64,000 nucleotides of DNA from the human T2T-CHM13v2.0 reference genome, Homo sapiens. The first letter of the stretch is position 1. Each line of letters starts with the position of its first letter. Below are positions 27,136 to 45,935 of the stretch, in pieces. Below the pieces are notes generated by a model. That model made no database searches. It saw nothing but the letters and a program-made list of their open reading frames with translations, and had not been told where the DNA came from. Position numbers and translations under genes: made by a program. The DNA lies in assembly GCF_009914755.1 (NCBI RefSeq), contig NC_060930.1. One strand, written 5' to 3'.

Positions 27136-27750
27136 GCATTTTCTAAAGGTAATGTGAGTCTCTTGTAGACATAATGCTATGTTTTTTGATTTGTGAATTT
27201 TAATCCATTTTCATCTATAGCAATTATTGGTAGGTAAGAATTCACTATTGCCATTTCATTAATTATTTTCTGATTGTTTTATAGATCCTTAACTCCTTTC
27301 TTTCTCTCTTGTTGCCTTCTTCTGTGATTTGATGATTTTTCTGTAGTGGTTTGCTTTGATTCCCTTGTCTTCTATGTATCAACTATGGGTTTTTGTTTTG
27401 TGGTTATGATGAGGCATGCATAAAACATCATAAAACATCTTATAGTTTTACAAGCCTGTTTTAAGTTAACAACAACTTAACTTTAGCATATAAAAGCTGT
27501 GCACTTTTACTATCCCTCCCACATTTTATGTTTTTGATATCACAATTCACATCGTTTTATATTGTGTATCATTAACAAATTATTGTATCTATAGTTATTT
27601 TTAATACTTTTGTCTTTTAACCTTTATAATAGAGCTATAGGTAATTTATTCACCACCATGACAGTATTTGAATATTCTGAGCACAAATTCACTTTAATAG
27701 TGAGTTTTATGCTTTCACGTGTTTTTATGGTACTAATTAGTGACTTTTCT

Positions 27751-29601
<1,851 letters not shown>

Positions 29602-32600
29602 TAGTGGCTTTTCTTCAGCTAGAAGTATTTTCTTTAACATTTATTGTAAGGCCGGTCTAGTGGTGATAAAGTCCCTTAGCTTTTGTTTGTCTCAGAAAGC
29701 CCTTATCTCTCCTTAGTTTCTGAAGGGCAGATTTGCTGAGTAAATTATTTGTGCTCACAGTTCTTTTTCTTTTACCACTTTGAATATGTCAACCCACTTT
29801 CTCCTGCCCTGCAAGATTTCTTCTGAGAAATCAGCTGATAGCTTTGTTTGTGTTCCTTTGGATGTGGTATGCTTCTTTTCTCATGATACCTTCAAACACA
29901 TCTCTCTTTCTTTGATATTTGAGTTTGATGATAATGTGCCTTGATTAAATATTATTTGGTTGAATGTTATTAGAGATCTCTGAGCTTCATGTATCTGGGT
30001 ATCCATATTTTTCCCAAGATTTGGGAAGTTTTCAAGCATTATTTTTTCAAATAAACTTTCTATCCTTTTTTCTTCTTTTGGAACCCCTATAATGTAAATG
30101 TTAGGTCTCTTGATGGTGTCCCATAAATCCTATAGGCTTAAAACATTCCTTTTCATTATTTTTTTCTTTTTTCCCTTTCAACTAGATAATTCAAAATGAT
30201 CTCTCTTCAAGGTTGCCTATTCTCTCTTGTGTTTGGTTATTATATTGTTGAAGCTTTCTATTGTATTTTATAGTTGTCATTGTATTCTTCATCTTCAAAA
30301 CTTTTATTAAAAATTGTATATCTTTTTGTTGAACTTATTTTATTCTTCTATGAATTCATAAAATTATTTATGTTCTCTTGTAGCTTGTTGAGTTTCTTTA
30401 AGAACAATTATCTTGAATTCTTTGTCAGGAAATATGCACATCTCCAATTCTTTGGGATTTGTTACTGGAAATTTATTGTATTTCTTTAGTGATGTCATGT
30501 TTCCTGATTTATTGTGATCCTTGTAGTCTTTTCTACACATTTGAAGATGCATTCATATCTTCCAGACTTAATGGACTGGCTTTGATAGTAAAAGACATTC
30601 ACCTATGGGGGAGCATGCTGAAGTGTGCTGTGACATTGGATCTAGAGATGTGGGACACCAAGGCTGGGGGGAATGCAGTGGCTCCAGGTCATGGAAGAGT
30701 AGGGTGACTTGTCTTCTTACACAGCTGAGGTCTGCGACATTGACAACTACATGGTCCTTGGAGGCAAGAACTGCAGAATGTCTGCAGTAGCTGTGAGGGC
30801 TGTTGTCATCCTCTATGTTGCCTGTGAGTCCAGCATCAAGGGAATGAGGTATTCAGCAGTAGGGGCTGTCATTGTATATACGCTTGGCTGAAGTGGCTGG
30901 CTGAAACACATTTGTGATGATAGAGGCTAGTTGAGGGCACATGTACAGCAGTGAGGGCCAGAGTCAAGGGGGAGGTCTGGGGCAGACTATAGGCAGACAT
31001 ATGGTGGTGGTGGCCAGTGGTATGCATGTGCATGGCTATAGGAACCAGAGCAGCATGTATGTGTGTGGTTGCAAAGAGAGCTATGAGTACATGCCCAAAA
31101 GTAGGTAACAGCAACAGGGATTGTGTTTGTGTGCAGCTGTGGGCCCAAGTTAGCAGTGGGCATATGTGTGGTTGCAGGGGCTGGCTGTGAGTGCAAACAT
31201 GCTGGTGGGTGTAGGTTCTGGGGAGTGGGGCTGATTGCATGCCCATATGCAGCTATGGGGGCTGGGGCTGCTGGCGAACATGTATATAGCTGCATGGGCC
31301 AGCTGCAGGCATGTGTTTGGTAGTAGGGGCTGGCAATAGGAGTCAGAACAAGCTGATTGTGTGTTTGCATCTGCAGGGGCCAGGAATGATGCTGATTATG
31401 TGCATAGCTACACAGGCAGCTATGGTCCCATATTTGGTTGTGATAGCTTATGTTGGGGGTGAGGTTTATCAATCAAAAGACATACAGTGACTCAATGGAT
31501 AAAAAACAGACACAACTATATGCTGCTGAGAAGACTCACTTCACTTTTAAGGACAAAAAACAGTGAACATAGACTAAAAGTGAAGAGATAGAAGATATTT
31601 CAAGCAAATTAAAACCAAAAGAGAGCAGAGTTAGCTATACTCATATCAGATAAAATAGACTTTGATACCAAAAGTGCACAGCTGTGAGAACCAGGCTTTT
31701 GGTATATATATGTTTGACTGCAGGGGCCAGCTGTAGAAGCGAGAATGGTGGTAGGGACTGGTGGTGGGAGTTGGGACCCACTACTTGGCACACACAGCTG
31801 CAGAAGCCAGGGATGGTGGCAGGCACAACCTAGTGGTGAAAGTTGTGGGATTCTGCTGCAGTTGTGATGGCTGTTGGTTTCCTCACCAGCAAAAGCTGCT
31901 AGGGTCCTCTGCAGAGTAGGCCACTGGGGTCTGTCATGGCAAACTCTGGCAGGGTTGGGGGATGGTTCTTCAGCAGTGAAAGCTGTGGGGCTGCACAATG
32001 GCTTCAAGGGCTGTTGAAGTCCTCAGTGGAGGGGGCTTCAGAATTCCTGTGCAGAGTATGCCATGGGGAACCATGGTAGCTCCCATTGTGTGGCTGATAT
32101 TGTTAGTGCCCACTCTTTGTTCCAAGCTGTCTCCAGACATCTTAGTTATGCCAGTCTCCCCAGTGATCTAGATGGGGTGAAGCCGAAGAATGTAATTCAG
32201 GCAGTGCTCCAGAAGTCTAAGGAAGTCGGTTGTTTAACTTATTCTTTTTTTCCTTGAGGGGAACTCATGAGCTAGAGTATTCCCTCTCTGTGATTAGAAG
32301 TGATGGCCAGGGGATAGGATGATGCAGGTAAAGTAAAAAATGTTTTTTCTCCCCATTTTATGTGGTTATTTTTGGATTTATTCCACTGCATTTCTGTAGC
32401 TTCTTAAGTGGACTTCTGAGCTCTTCCAGAGCTATTTTTATTCATGGATAGCTGTCCAGTTGTTCTCTATGTGAGAGACAAAGGATGGATTCACTCCATC
32501 TTCCTGACATCACTGTATCATAAGCCAAATTCTAAAAAAGAAATATGAAAAGAAATTAGTTGCAATGTTGTGTTAACACTGGCTTTCTAGTGGAAAGCAA

Positions 32601-32841
32601 TAAATTTGGCCAATCTAACAGTCATTGGCTGCAGTTTTGCTCTATGTCTGGTGGTATGCTGGACTTTTTGAGGAGAGAATCCTTGCCTCAGAGTTGCCCA
32701 CAGCTTCACAAATTTTGGGTGACTTGGGAAGGGATCTGTCAATATTAGTGACTGAGGAAAAAAACTGTACTCACTGTGAGCCAAATTTGCATTAAAAAAC
32801 TTTTGCTAAATTGCAATATATGAAATCCCTTCAACAATTCA

Positions 32842-33139
32842 TTTTTTTTTTTTTTTTTTGAGATGGAGTCTCACTCTATCCCCCAGGCTGGAGTGCAGTG
32901 GTGTGATCCCAGCTTACTGAGAGCTCCACCTCCCGGGTTCACACCATTCTCCTGCCTCAGCCTTCTGAGTAGCTGGGACTACAGGTGCCTGCCAACATGC
33001 TCGGCTTATTTTTTGTATTTTTAGTAGAGATGGGGTTTCACCATGTTAGCCAGGATGGTCTCGATCTGCTGACCTCGTGATCCGCCCATCTCCACCTCCC
33101 AAAGTGCTGGGATTACAGGTGTGAGCCACCGCCCCGGCC
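32842..33139 (-). mobile_element. AluY/Sc-like
   Basis: Dimeric Alu; TSD AACAATTCATTTTT. Confidence 0.93.
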
Positions 33140-33159
33140 AACAATTCATTTTTAATTAA

Positions 33160-33453
33160 TTAATTTTTTTGAGACAGAGTCTTACTCTAGTTGCCTAGGC
33201 TGGAGTGCATTGGTGTGATCTCAGCTCACTACAGCCTTGATCTCTTGAGCTCAGATGATCCTCCCACCTCAGCCTCTGAGTAGCTGGGACTACAGGCATG
33301 CACCACTGTGCCTGGCTAGTTTTTTGTACTTTTTAGTAGATACGGGGTTTTGTTATGTTGTCCAGGTGGATCTTGCACTCCTGGACTCAAGGAATCTGCT
33401 CACCTTGGCCTCCCAGAATGTTAGGATTACAGGTGTGAGCCACCACACCCAAC
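33160..33453 (-). mobile_element. AluJ
   Basis: Diverged dimeric Alu; TSD TTCATTTTTAATT. Confidence 0.9.
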
Positions 33454-34338
33454 CTTCATTTTTAATTTAAAAGGAGGAGTTCAGGTGTCTATGGACAAAT
33501 ATAAGAGGATTTTTAATTGTAATGACTTAGAAATGGAAATAGTCAAAAGATTAAGATTAAGGCAGCTATCGTTAGGTACTAATGTGTTAGTATGTAACAA
33601 TCATTAATTTGGCTGACTCCTTCTAACAAACATTAGCTTCATTACTTGTGTATATGTGTGTGAAAAATAGTGAGTTTTAATTAATTCACATTTGGTTGAT
33701 TTAATAAATGCACCCAACTATCCATTTACAAATAGCTTGCTACAATACAATTTCACTTAGAACTCAACTTCTAATAAAAATTCAGTTAAATCAGCAAATA
33801 TTTCTTAGACATCTATTTTGTGTACGTGTGAGGTACTGAGTAATTTTCTTTGGGGGATGTTACTCAGTTTTCACAGATGAGGGCAGGGGATTTTCCTATC
33901 TTCTTAACCACTATATTTCCAGCGTTTAGAATAGTTCCTAAGACATAACTGGCATTCAAATAAAGCTCTCTGTGGTATTGGCTATAATATGAGCTTTATC
34001 TGTGAAGTACTTTAAACAGAAGATGCAATTAGGTCATAGAAGTGTGAGGAAGCAAAACAGATATCCTACTCTGCTGCAATTTTGTTTAAGAACATTTAAA
34101 CTCTCTGAGATAAACCACACACACACGTGCATGCACACACATGTGTGCCTGTGAATGCAGTATTTTCTTCTAGTCTCTAATGTAGATGAAGGCTTAATTT
34201 CATTTCCTGTAAGTTGATGATTCCTTAAATAAAATGCTGATACTGATAGATACATAAGATCCTTGCAAACAGGGTAATTATGTGTAGTAGTTGTTATTTT
34301 CCACCAAAGAGAATTATAAACAGACTGAAAATTTGAAG

Positions 34339-34651
<313 letters not shown>

Positions 34652-35799
34652 AGAGGTTTTTAAATTTAAATATTTGGTATACCCTTTATTGAGAACCCAC
34701 TTTGTCTAACAGATACAACCCCTTATAAAATTTTGCAAATAAAATTACTTTTTAAGTGCTAAACTTTGAGGCTTCTTTGGACAGTTACCATGGAGACCTT
34801 GATAAGATTACGCAGACCCATCCAATTATTGGAGTCACCTACACTGTATTGTTTGAGATATGCAATCTCATGGGCCCCTTGAACCCAGATTGGCCTTTCT
34901 TAACTCTCGGGGTGAACCTTACCATCTTGTGATAAAGATTTCACTTTCACTTACTTTGATTCTAGATTAAGTCTAGTTCTGTTTTTTAAAGCCACCCTTC
35001 TCTTGCCTTCATTAATGGAGGAAACGTTGAAATATGTTTTTGTTTTTTTGACTTTGCTATCAAAAACACTGCATGTGTTTGCTTTTGGTAGAAGATAACA
35101 GGCAATATAGATGACTATTTAGGTACTTATGTATGACCTTTTTGTTTGTTTGTTTTTTATTTCTCAAGGAGTGTCTTATCTCCTGGCACTTGGGACACCC
35201 ATGTGTTTGCTTCAAGGCCACCAGATTTTGGTTTAGTTGGACTAATAGTCTTTCTCAACTGTGGGGTTGACAAGTTACTCACACCACTTTCTGTGCCATT
35301 GAATATTTGATTTTCTGATGGCTGATAAAATTATCTTTGCTATTTGTCTTGGTTTCAACAACAACAACAACAACAACAAAAACAAAACTCTCACTCACCT
35401 TGTAAGCATACAGTGTAACAGAGAAGCAGTCCCTAGATCAAGGAATATCGCAACAACTGTAACTTTAAGCCTTTTGTGACTCCTTGACTTTCATGTTCTG
35501 ATGCTGTTACTACTGACTATTGAGTTTTTAATGAGAGGGTGACAAGTGTGTTCAGTTTCAAAGTTCATGAGTCAAAGATGGCCATTGACATGTCTGTCTT
35601 GGTTAAAATGTCTCTTTTTAGGTTTTTTAATTTTTAATTTTTATGGGTATATAGAAGGTGTATATATTTATGGGCTACATGGGATGTTTTGATACAAGCA
35701 TGCAATGTGAAATAATCACATGATGGTGAGTGGAGTATCCATCCCCCTCAAGCATTTATTCTTTGTGTTTCAAACAATCCAATTAGTATTTTATTTATT

Positions 35800-35805
<6 letters not shown>

Positions 35806-35854
<49 letters not shown>
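35806..35854. repeat. (TA)n microsatellite in the U4 retrocopy tail
   Basis: About 24 uninterrupted TA units. Confidence 0.95.
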
Positions 35855-35859
<5 letters not shown>

Positions 35860-35874
35860 TTTTACTGAAATATT

Positions 35875-36024
35875 CAGTCTCCATATCCCTGGAGACTGTC
35901 AAAAATTGCCAATACTGACTATGTTACAAGTCATCATGGTGGAGTATTGGGAAAAGTTTTCAATTAGCAATAATCACACCTCAGATAAACCTCATTGGCT
36001 ACAATACTGCCATGGTGCAAAGCT
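35875..36024 (-). pseudogene. U4 snRNA retropseudogene, full length
   Basis: Reverse complement AGCTTTGCACCATGGCAGTATTGTAGCCAATGAGGTTTATCTGAGG…ATTATTGCTAATTGAAAACTTTTCCCAATAC…GGCAATTTTTGACAGTCTC…GGAGACTG matches U4; CpG decay, A-rich tail, embedded in an L1 rather than snRNA promoter context. Confidence 0.95.
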
Positions 36025-38153
36025 CTTTTAGTTATTTTAAAATGTACAATTAAGTTAGTATTGAATGTAGTCACCCTGTTGTCCTATAAATACTAGGTCT
36101 TATTCACGCTATTATTTTGTACCCATTCATGGTTAAAACATCTCTGTCATTTATAAAATTGAAACTAAAATAATCTGTTTCTATAAATCATGACTGCTGG
36201 TTGAAAATCAGTTAAATAATAAAAATACTATTTTTTTTAAACAGAGAATCCTGCATTCTAAAGGATCTAGTCTGGATGCCAGGAGCTGTGTATAGGATGA
36301 GAGCCTGGTGGACCTGATTGACCGCCTGTTGTTCAGTTCAGTTCAGAGACTGAAAATCAGGATTTGTGCTGGAGAGTCTTTGAACTGTGTGTGAAAGTAT
36401 CTGAAGGTCCATGACAATTTGAAAGGTAAACAGTAATGGACTTTCATAGATCTATAGTATTTGCTCTTGACCTTGGCTGAAATTGTAAAACAGGCTGCCA
36501 CATCTCTGTAAGTACTTTTCTCTTCTTGCATACAAATGAATTGGTTTTTTATAAGTGTCCATTCGTAACTGTAGCCCTTTTGCATCTGTGTCTAGTGACT
36601 TTTATGGGAAAACTTTTGGGGGATAATTGATTATAGGAATTTGTCATTTGTGCACAAATGTCTGAAGGGTTTAATGTCTAATTTAACAGAAGGCATATGA
36701 AAAAGGTGCAGGAATCGAAGGCACGAGATACACCTGAAAGTGGTGGAGCAATGAATCTGAACAGGATGATGGATTGAAAGTGCTCAAAAGAGGCAGCTAG
36801 GATCCTGTATTCATGTCCTACCACTGCAGCCAGGGAAAGATCCTCCCACATCTATCAGAAGACTGGAGGATTATGTCTGGAGAGATTGAATTCTAGGGAT
36901 GCTCAGGCCCAAATGAAGGTGGGATGACAAGCCTTGATAAAATCTTTCAGTAGAAATAGTAGAGAATTTTAAGAGAATTTTATTGAAATTTTTGAGACAT
37001 TTTTGTATGTCTGGGAAAAGAGGAAACTAACTTGTTAGTGCTTTTCTGATTTGAATAATATGTGTCGGAAGAAACTGGAGGTGAAATGTGAATGATCCTT
37101 TTCTGGCTTGTCTGGAGGTTTTGCCTCAACAGAGAAATCTAAAGGGTTATGAATTTATAACATTATTTCTTTGCTCTCCAAAAAATGGAAGCTTTCATAA
37201 AAATACATCAAAGTTTTAGAAAACAGCATATTTGTCTCTGGTCTTTCTTTTTGGAATGATTGTTATTTGGAAGTTAGACCCTCCTTGGTCAATCATCTCA
37301 TTTTATTATTATTTTTTCTTATTTTCTTGTTCTAGTCTCTGGCAGATTTTCTCAACTTTATTTTTCAACCCTTCTTTTGAATTCTTCACTTCCTATATTG
37401 TATTTTCAATTTCCAAGAGCCTTTTTTGTTTGTTTGTTCTCTGATGGTTCTTTGTTTTTTCAGCCTCTTATTTTTATTTCATGGATACAATATACTCTCT
37501 TCTTTTACAAGGAGATTAATTATTATATTTTGAAACTTTCTTGGCTATTTTCTCTGTTTCTTGGATTGTCTTTCTTTTTAACATTTTTGTCTCTCTTTTC
37601 ATTTTGAATCCTGTCTTTCAAGAGAGGGCTATTCTTTAAGATAGAAGTAATAACAAAACAGACTAGAAACTGTATTTGGATGGAGAATGGATATAAACTG
37701 GTAGGCTTTACTCGAGAAGGTTCTGGCTGGGCCTTTTTGTTGGAGAGCCATCAACTTGCAGTATCTTTAGGTATTTTTGGAGGGTTGGTAACTTTCTCCA
37801 GAGAGGACTCCACTAATCTTTTGTCAAAAGAATCTAAGCCTGCTTGCAGGTTCTGCCAGCTGACTGGGGACTAGGGCTTGAGAATTTCTTTTAGTTAATA
37901 CCCTTGTTTTTATCAGGGAATCTCGTATTCACCTTAATCTGTGCCTGCATCCGGCATCCGCTGAATTCAGTTTTCCACATAGTAATCCTCGAGACTCCTG
38001 GTATGATATGGGGGTCTGTCAGCTGTCTGTGATGGGTGGAAAAGGAGCCCTGGAATTCTATCTGCCTCTTTTTACACACTTTCAATCCTATTTTTAGATC
38101 CTACTCTGCTGCTTTCAGAAGTATTTGGTACCTTCATCCCTGAGGTGTTATAC

Positions 38154-38375
38154 CAGGGTTTGGCAAACTGTAATCTGCCAACCAAATCATGATTTGCTTT
38201 GTCCTTTCAATCTTTGCCTGTTTTTATAAATAAAGTTTTCTTGGAACACAGCCATGTCCATAGACATGTATTATCTATGACTGCAGAGACGGACAGTTGT
38301 GACAGAGACCCTATGGCATGGAAAGCTTGAAATATTTACTATCTGGACCTTTACATAAAAAATGTACTGACAACT
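38154..38375. mobile_element. MER58A-like MITE
   Basis: CAGGGTTTGGCAAACT…AAATAAAGTTTTCTTGGAACACAGCC…AAATATTTACTATCTGG. Confidence 0.7.
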
Positions 38376-39561
38376 GTACTACACTACAGTATGAATCAAC
38401 CCGCTTCTGGATTTCCCCTATTGCTACCTTGGGTTTGAGTGCTTTCTGATTTACTAAATTGTTTACCATTTATTGATCTATTTTCTAGGTTTCAAAGTTC
38501 ATTATCATTTTATTTTCTTTCAATCTTTTTGTCTTTGTGGATTTATTCCTTTTGCTTCCTTTAGTGTAATTTTAGTATAGAGTTTCAGGAGAGTGTAGAG
38601 GCGAACCTTGAGTTTGCTCCACCATGTTCAATCAGAAATCTGAGGTAGGAATCATCAATGCCATTAGAAAAGAAAACTAAGTTTGCAGGAAGTTAATTGC
38701 TCAAGGTCACAGAGAAGAACTGGGATACAAGCCCAGGTCTTTTGGAGAGCCCCTGTAAGGTAAACACCACAAGGGCAGTGATTTTGTTTTGTTCACTGCT
38801 GTAGTCTTAGAACTTTGACAGATATTTAGGATGTACTGGATAAATATTTATTTTAGTTGTTGCCAGTAAAATCATGTTTGTAACTATTTTGATTCATTAT
38901 CTCCAATAAGTATTGATTTTTCTCAGGAATATTTGTTTCAGTCTCTGGATTGTTCCCATTATGAATTATGGCCTGTGTTTGTCACTAGCTTGTTATGTAA
39001 AATCAGAGCAGAGGCTGTTTGAATTTTAGTAACCTCAAATTTTGTCCTTATTTCATTCAGTGCGGTAGTGAGAACCATACAAGATATGGTGTCTAAAAGC
39101 TCATTGACATGTATAAAGTGTAAAATGCAAGGTTTTATTGTCAGAGTTTATAATATTAAATATCACCAATTGTACAATGGAAATTCAATGTTAAATAATA
39201 AATATACCATAATAGGTGTTCTTTTCCTTAAAATAGTTTCTTGGCTTGGTTCCAGGATATCAGGCTCTTGGTCTACTCCTACGTCATTGACTAAACATTC
39301 TCAGTCTCCTTAGCTGGGTTTGCCTCTTCATTACAATCTCTAAATGTTGGAGGGACGAGGGACAAATCCTCAAGCCTCTTCTTTTCTCTCTTTATATCCT
39401 CCCCTAGGTGGTCTCATTCAGTTCCATGATTTTAAATACTGTCTATGTATATTAATTACTCACAACCTTTTATCTCCCTGATCTTCCTCTAATCTCTAGA
39501 AATCTCTTTTACAATTTATCCACTTGGATATTTAATAGACACTTCAAACATAACACACCAC

Positions 39562-39780
39562 TGTATTCTAGAATCTCTGAGTCCTGGGACTATTGAAATT
39601 TTGGGCTGGATAATTCTTGTTTTGGGGGACTGTCCTGTGCACTGTAGGATGCTTAGAAGCATCCCTGGCCTCTATCCACTATATGCCAGTAGCACCTCCC
39701 GGTTGTGATAACAAAAATTGTTTCCAGAGCTTGTTAAATCTCCCCTCATGGGCAAAATCACTCCTGATGAAATACCAGTA
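39562..39780. mobile_element. MER20 within an L2 remnant
   Basis: TTTTGGGCTGGATAATTCTT…CTGTCCTGTGCACTGTAGGATG…AGCATCCCTGGCCTCTATCCACTA. Confidence 0.8.
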
Positions 39781-41514
39781 GTTTATTCTAGCTTCCAACA
39801 CATTCTGAACCTCCTTATTTTTCTCTACCTGAGTAAAAGGGACCACTATCCATCTCCAAACCTAGATCTCATTCTTGATTTTTTTGCTTTACCTTACTCC
39901 CTACATCTAATGTAGCAGTGTCAATAAACTTTATCATAAAAATCCATCCCAAATCTGTCAACTCTCAGCTCACTACTACTGCCACTTGCATTAGTCAGGC
40001 TTTGCTGTGGTAATGATGGTAAAAAATAGCTCCGAAATATTCATGGCTAAGAACTGAAATTTTTTTTGACCTACCAGTCTATAGGTTGTCTATGACTCTG
40101 CAAGACTATGAGTGATGTTCAGGTATGCCTCATCTGTTTCTTATTCTTGGACACAGGTCAAAAGAGTGGAGTCTAGTCAGAGCATGTTTCTCTCTATTCT
40201 CACAGAATAGGAGCACACGTGGGCAAGTAGAAATGGGCAAGGCTTTCTAACAGCTTTGCTCAAAATTGGCACTTTCACTTCTGCTCATATTTTATTGGTC
40301 AAACTAAATCACATGGCCAAGCCACAAGTCAGTAGATCAGAGAAGTACACTTCACCAGCAGAAAAGCCACAACAAAGGCCAAGTGGAAGAAAAAAGTTGG
40401 GAACAAATAATACTCTGTGCAACTTCACCCTGTTTCTAGCCTTTATCATCTCTGACCTGAATGATATCAATAGCCTCCCTAATGGTCTCCCCAGTTCTTC
40501 TCATGCTCCCAGTACAGGAGCCCAAAGTGATTTTTCAGAAACATAACTCAGATTCCATCACTCTTAGACTTAAAACTCTTCAATGGCTTCTCCTCACACT
40601 AACAGTAAAAATTAATCACCTTTGTTGTTAAATGCTAAAACAAAGTGCTGAAAGTGTATATGGTATGCTACCTTTTGTGTGACAAATAAGAGGAAAGAAG
40701 AAAATGTGCACAAATCTACCTATCTTTAGAAAAAGAAACACCAGAAGTATCATCCACAAAAAGATGAAGTTGGTTAACTATATGGAATGGTTAGGGAAGG
40801 GGAACAGGGTGGAAAGGATAGGTCATACAGTGACACATCTCTGAGTATACTTTTTGTTTAATTTTGAAAAATTTTTTTGAACAACACTATAACCTCTGTC
40901 TTGGGTTGCATTGTAGTTGGGGGAAGGTAGGGAGGGAAAAGCAAACACATCCTCAGCTCTTCTTAATAGGTTTGATTTTTATGTTGGTATGAGTGAAACA
41001 ATTCTAAAATTACTTTTGATATCTATAGGTTTGAGCACACAATGAAATGAGTTGATATTGACTGTTGGGAACCAGAGTTCTCAGTGGATGAAGAGACACA
41101 GAAAAATAAAATGAAGGAAGGCAAAGAAGATCTCTGAAGAGATGGATTGGAATTGGAAGCATTAGTATGAACCATGATTCTAAAATAGTTATATATTGAT
41201 GTCTATGCTTGTATATATCCAGAAGTTTATGTATGTATGTTTAAATGTGTGTGTAATATATATGTATACATATATGTACACATGTATATATTTCCTAGCT
41301 TTGTCTACTGAAAGGGTCCACAAGCAAAATCTTGTAGCGGATCTTGGTCTCTAAGATTGTTCCCTGTTAAAAAAAAAAACAGGATCCGTTGGAGAAATTG
41401 CTGATTCCATTGCTGTAGCAGAAAAGGTAATACATGATCCTAAAATCAGTAGTCTCATTCTGTTAGATTACTGTGGGGTTCAGTATGGTAGCCACTAGTC
41501 TCTTGTGCTATTTA

Positions 41515-45757
<4,243 letters not shown>

Positions 45758-45935
45758 CTCTTGTGGCTATTTAAAATTACATTAATTAAAATTAAATAAA
45801 ATCAATAAGTCAGTTCCTCAGTTGCACTGGCCACATTTCAAATGCTCAATAGCTACACATGGCCAGTGGCTAAACTCCTGAATAGCCCAGATTCGGAACA
45901 TTTCCATCATTGCCGAAAGTTCACCGGACGGCATT
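45758..45935. mobile_element. MER3-like DNA transposon (other part at ~41470-41514)
   Basis: ATGGTAGCCACTAG… / …CAGTTCCTCAGTTGCACTGGCCACATTTCAAATGCTCAATAGC. Confidence 0.7.

Larger units (their letters stand above)
35622..36130 (-). mobile_element. L1MA-type 3' end, interrupted by U4 retrocopy
   Basis: …TTTTGATACAAGCATGCAATGTGAAATAATCACATGATGG…AACAATCCAATTA | CTCTTTTAGTTATTTTAAAATGTACAAT. Confidence 0.8.

Noticed and set aside
30869-31472. 125-161-aa His/Pro/Thr-rich ORFs
   Set aside because: They arise from the low-complexity degenerate array in an old L1M 5'UTR
35160-35410. Possible exon signals (TTTCTCAAG acceptor on plus; AAG|GTGAGT donor on minus near 35398)
   Set aside because: No convincing partner site or reading frame; isolated signals are common by chance
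35875-36024. Functional U4 gene
   Set aside because: CpG decay, substitutions in the U6-pairing 5' region, A-rich tail, and L1 sequence where a PSE would be
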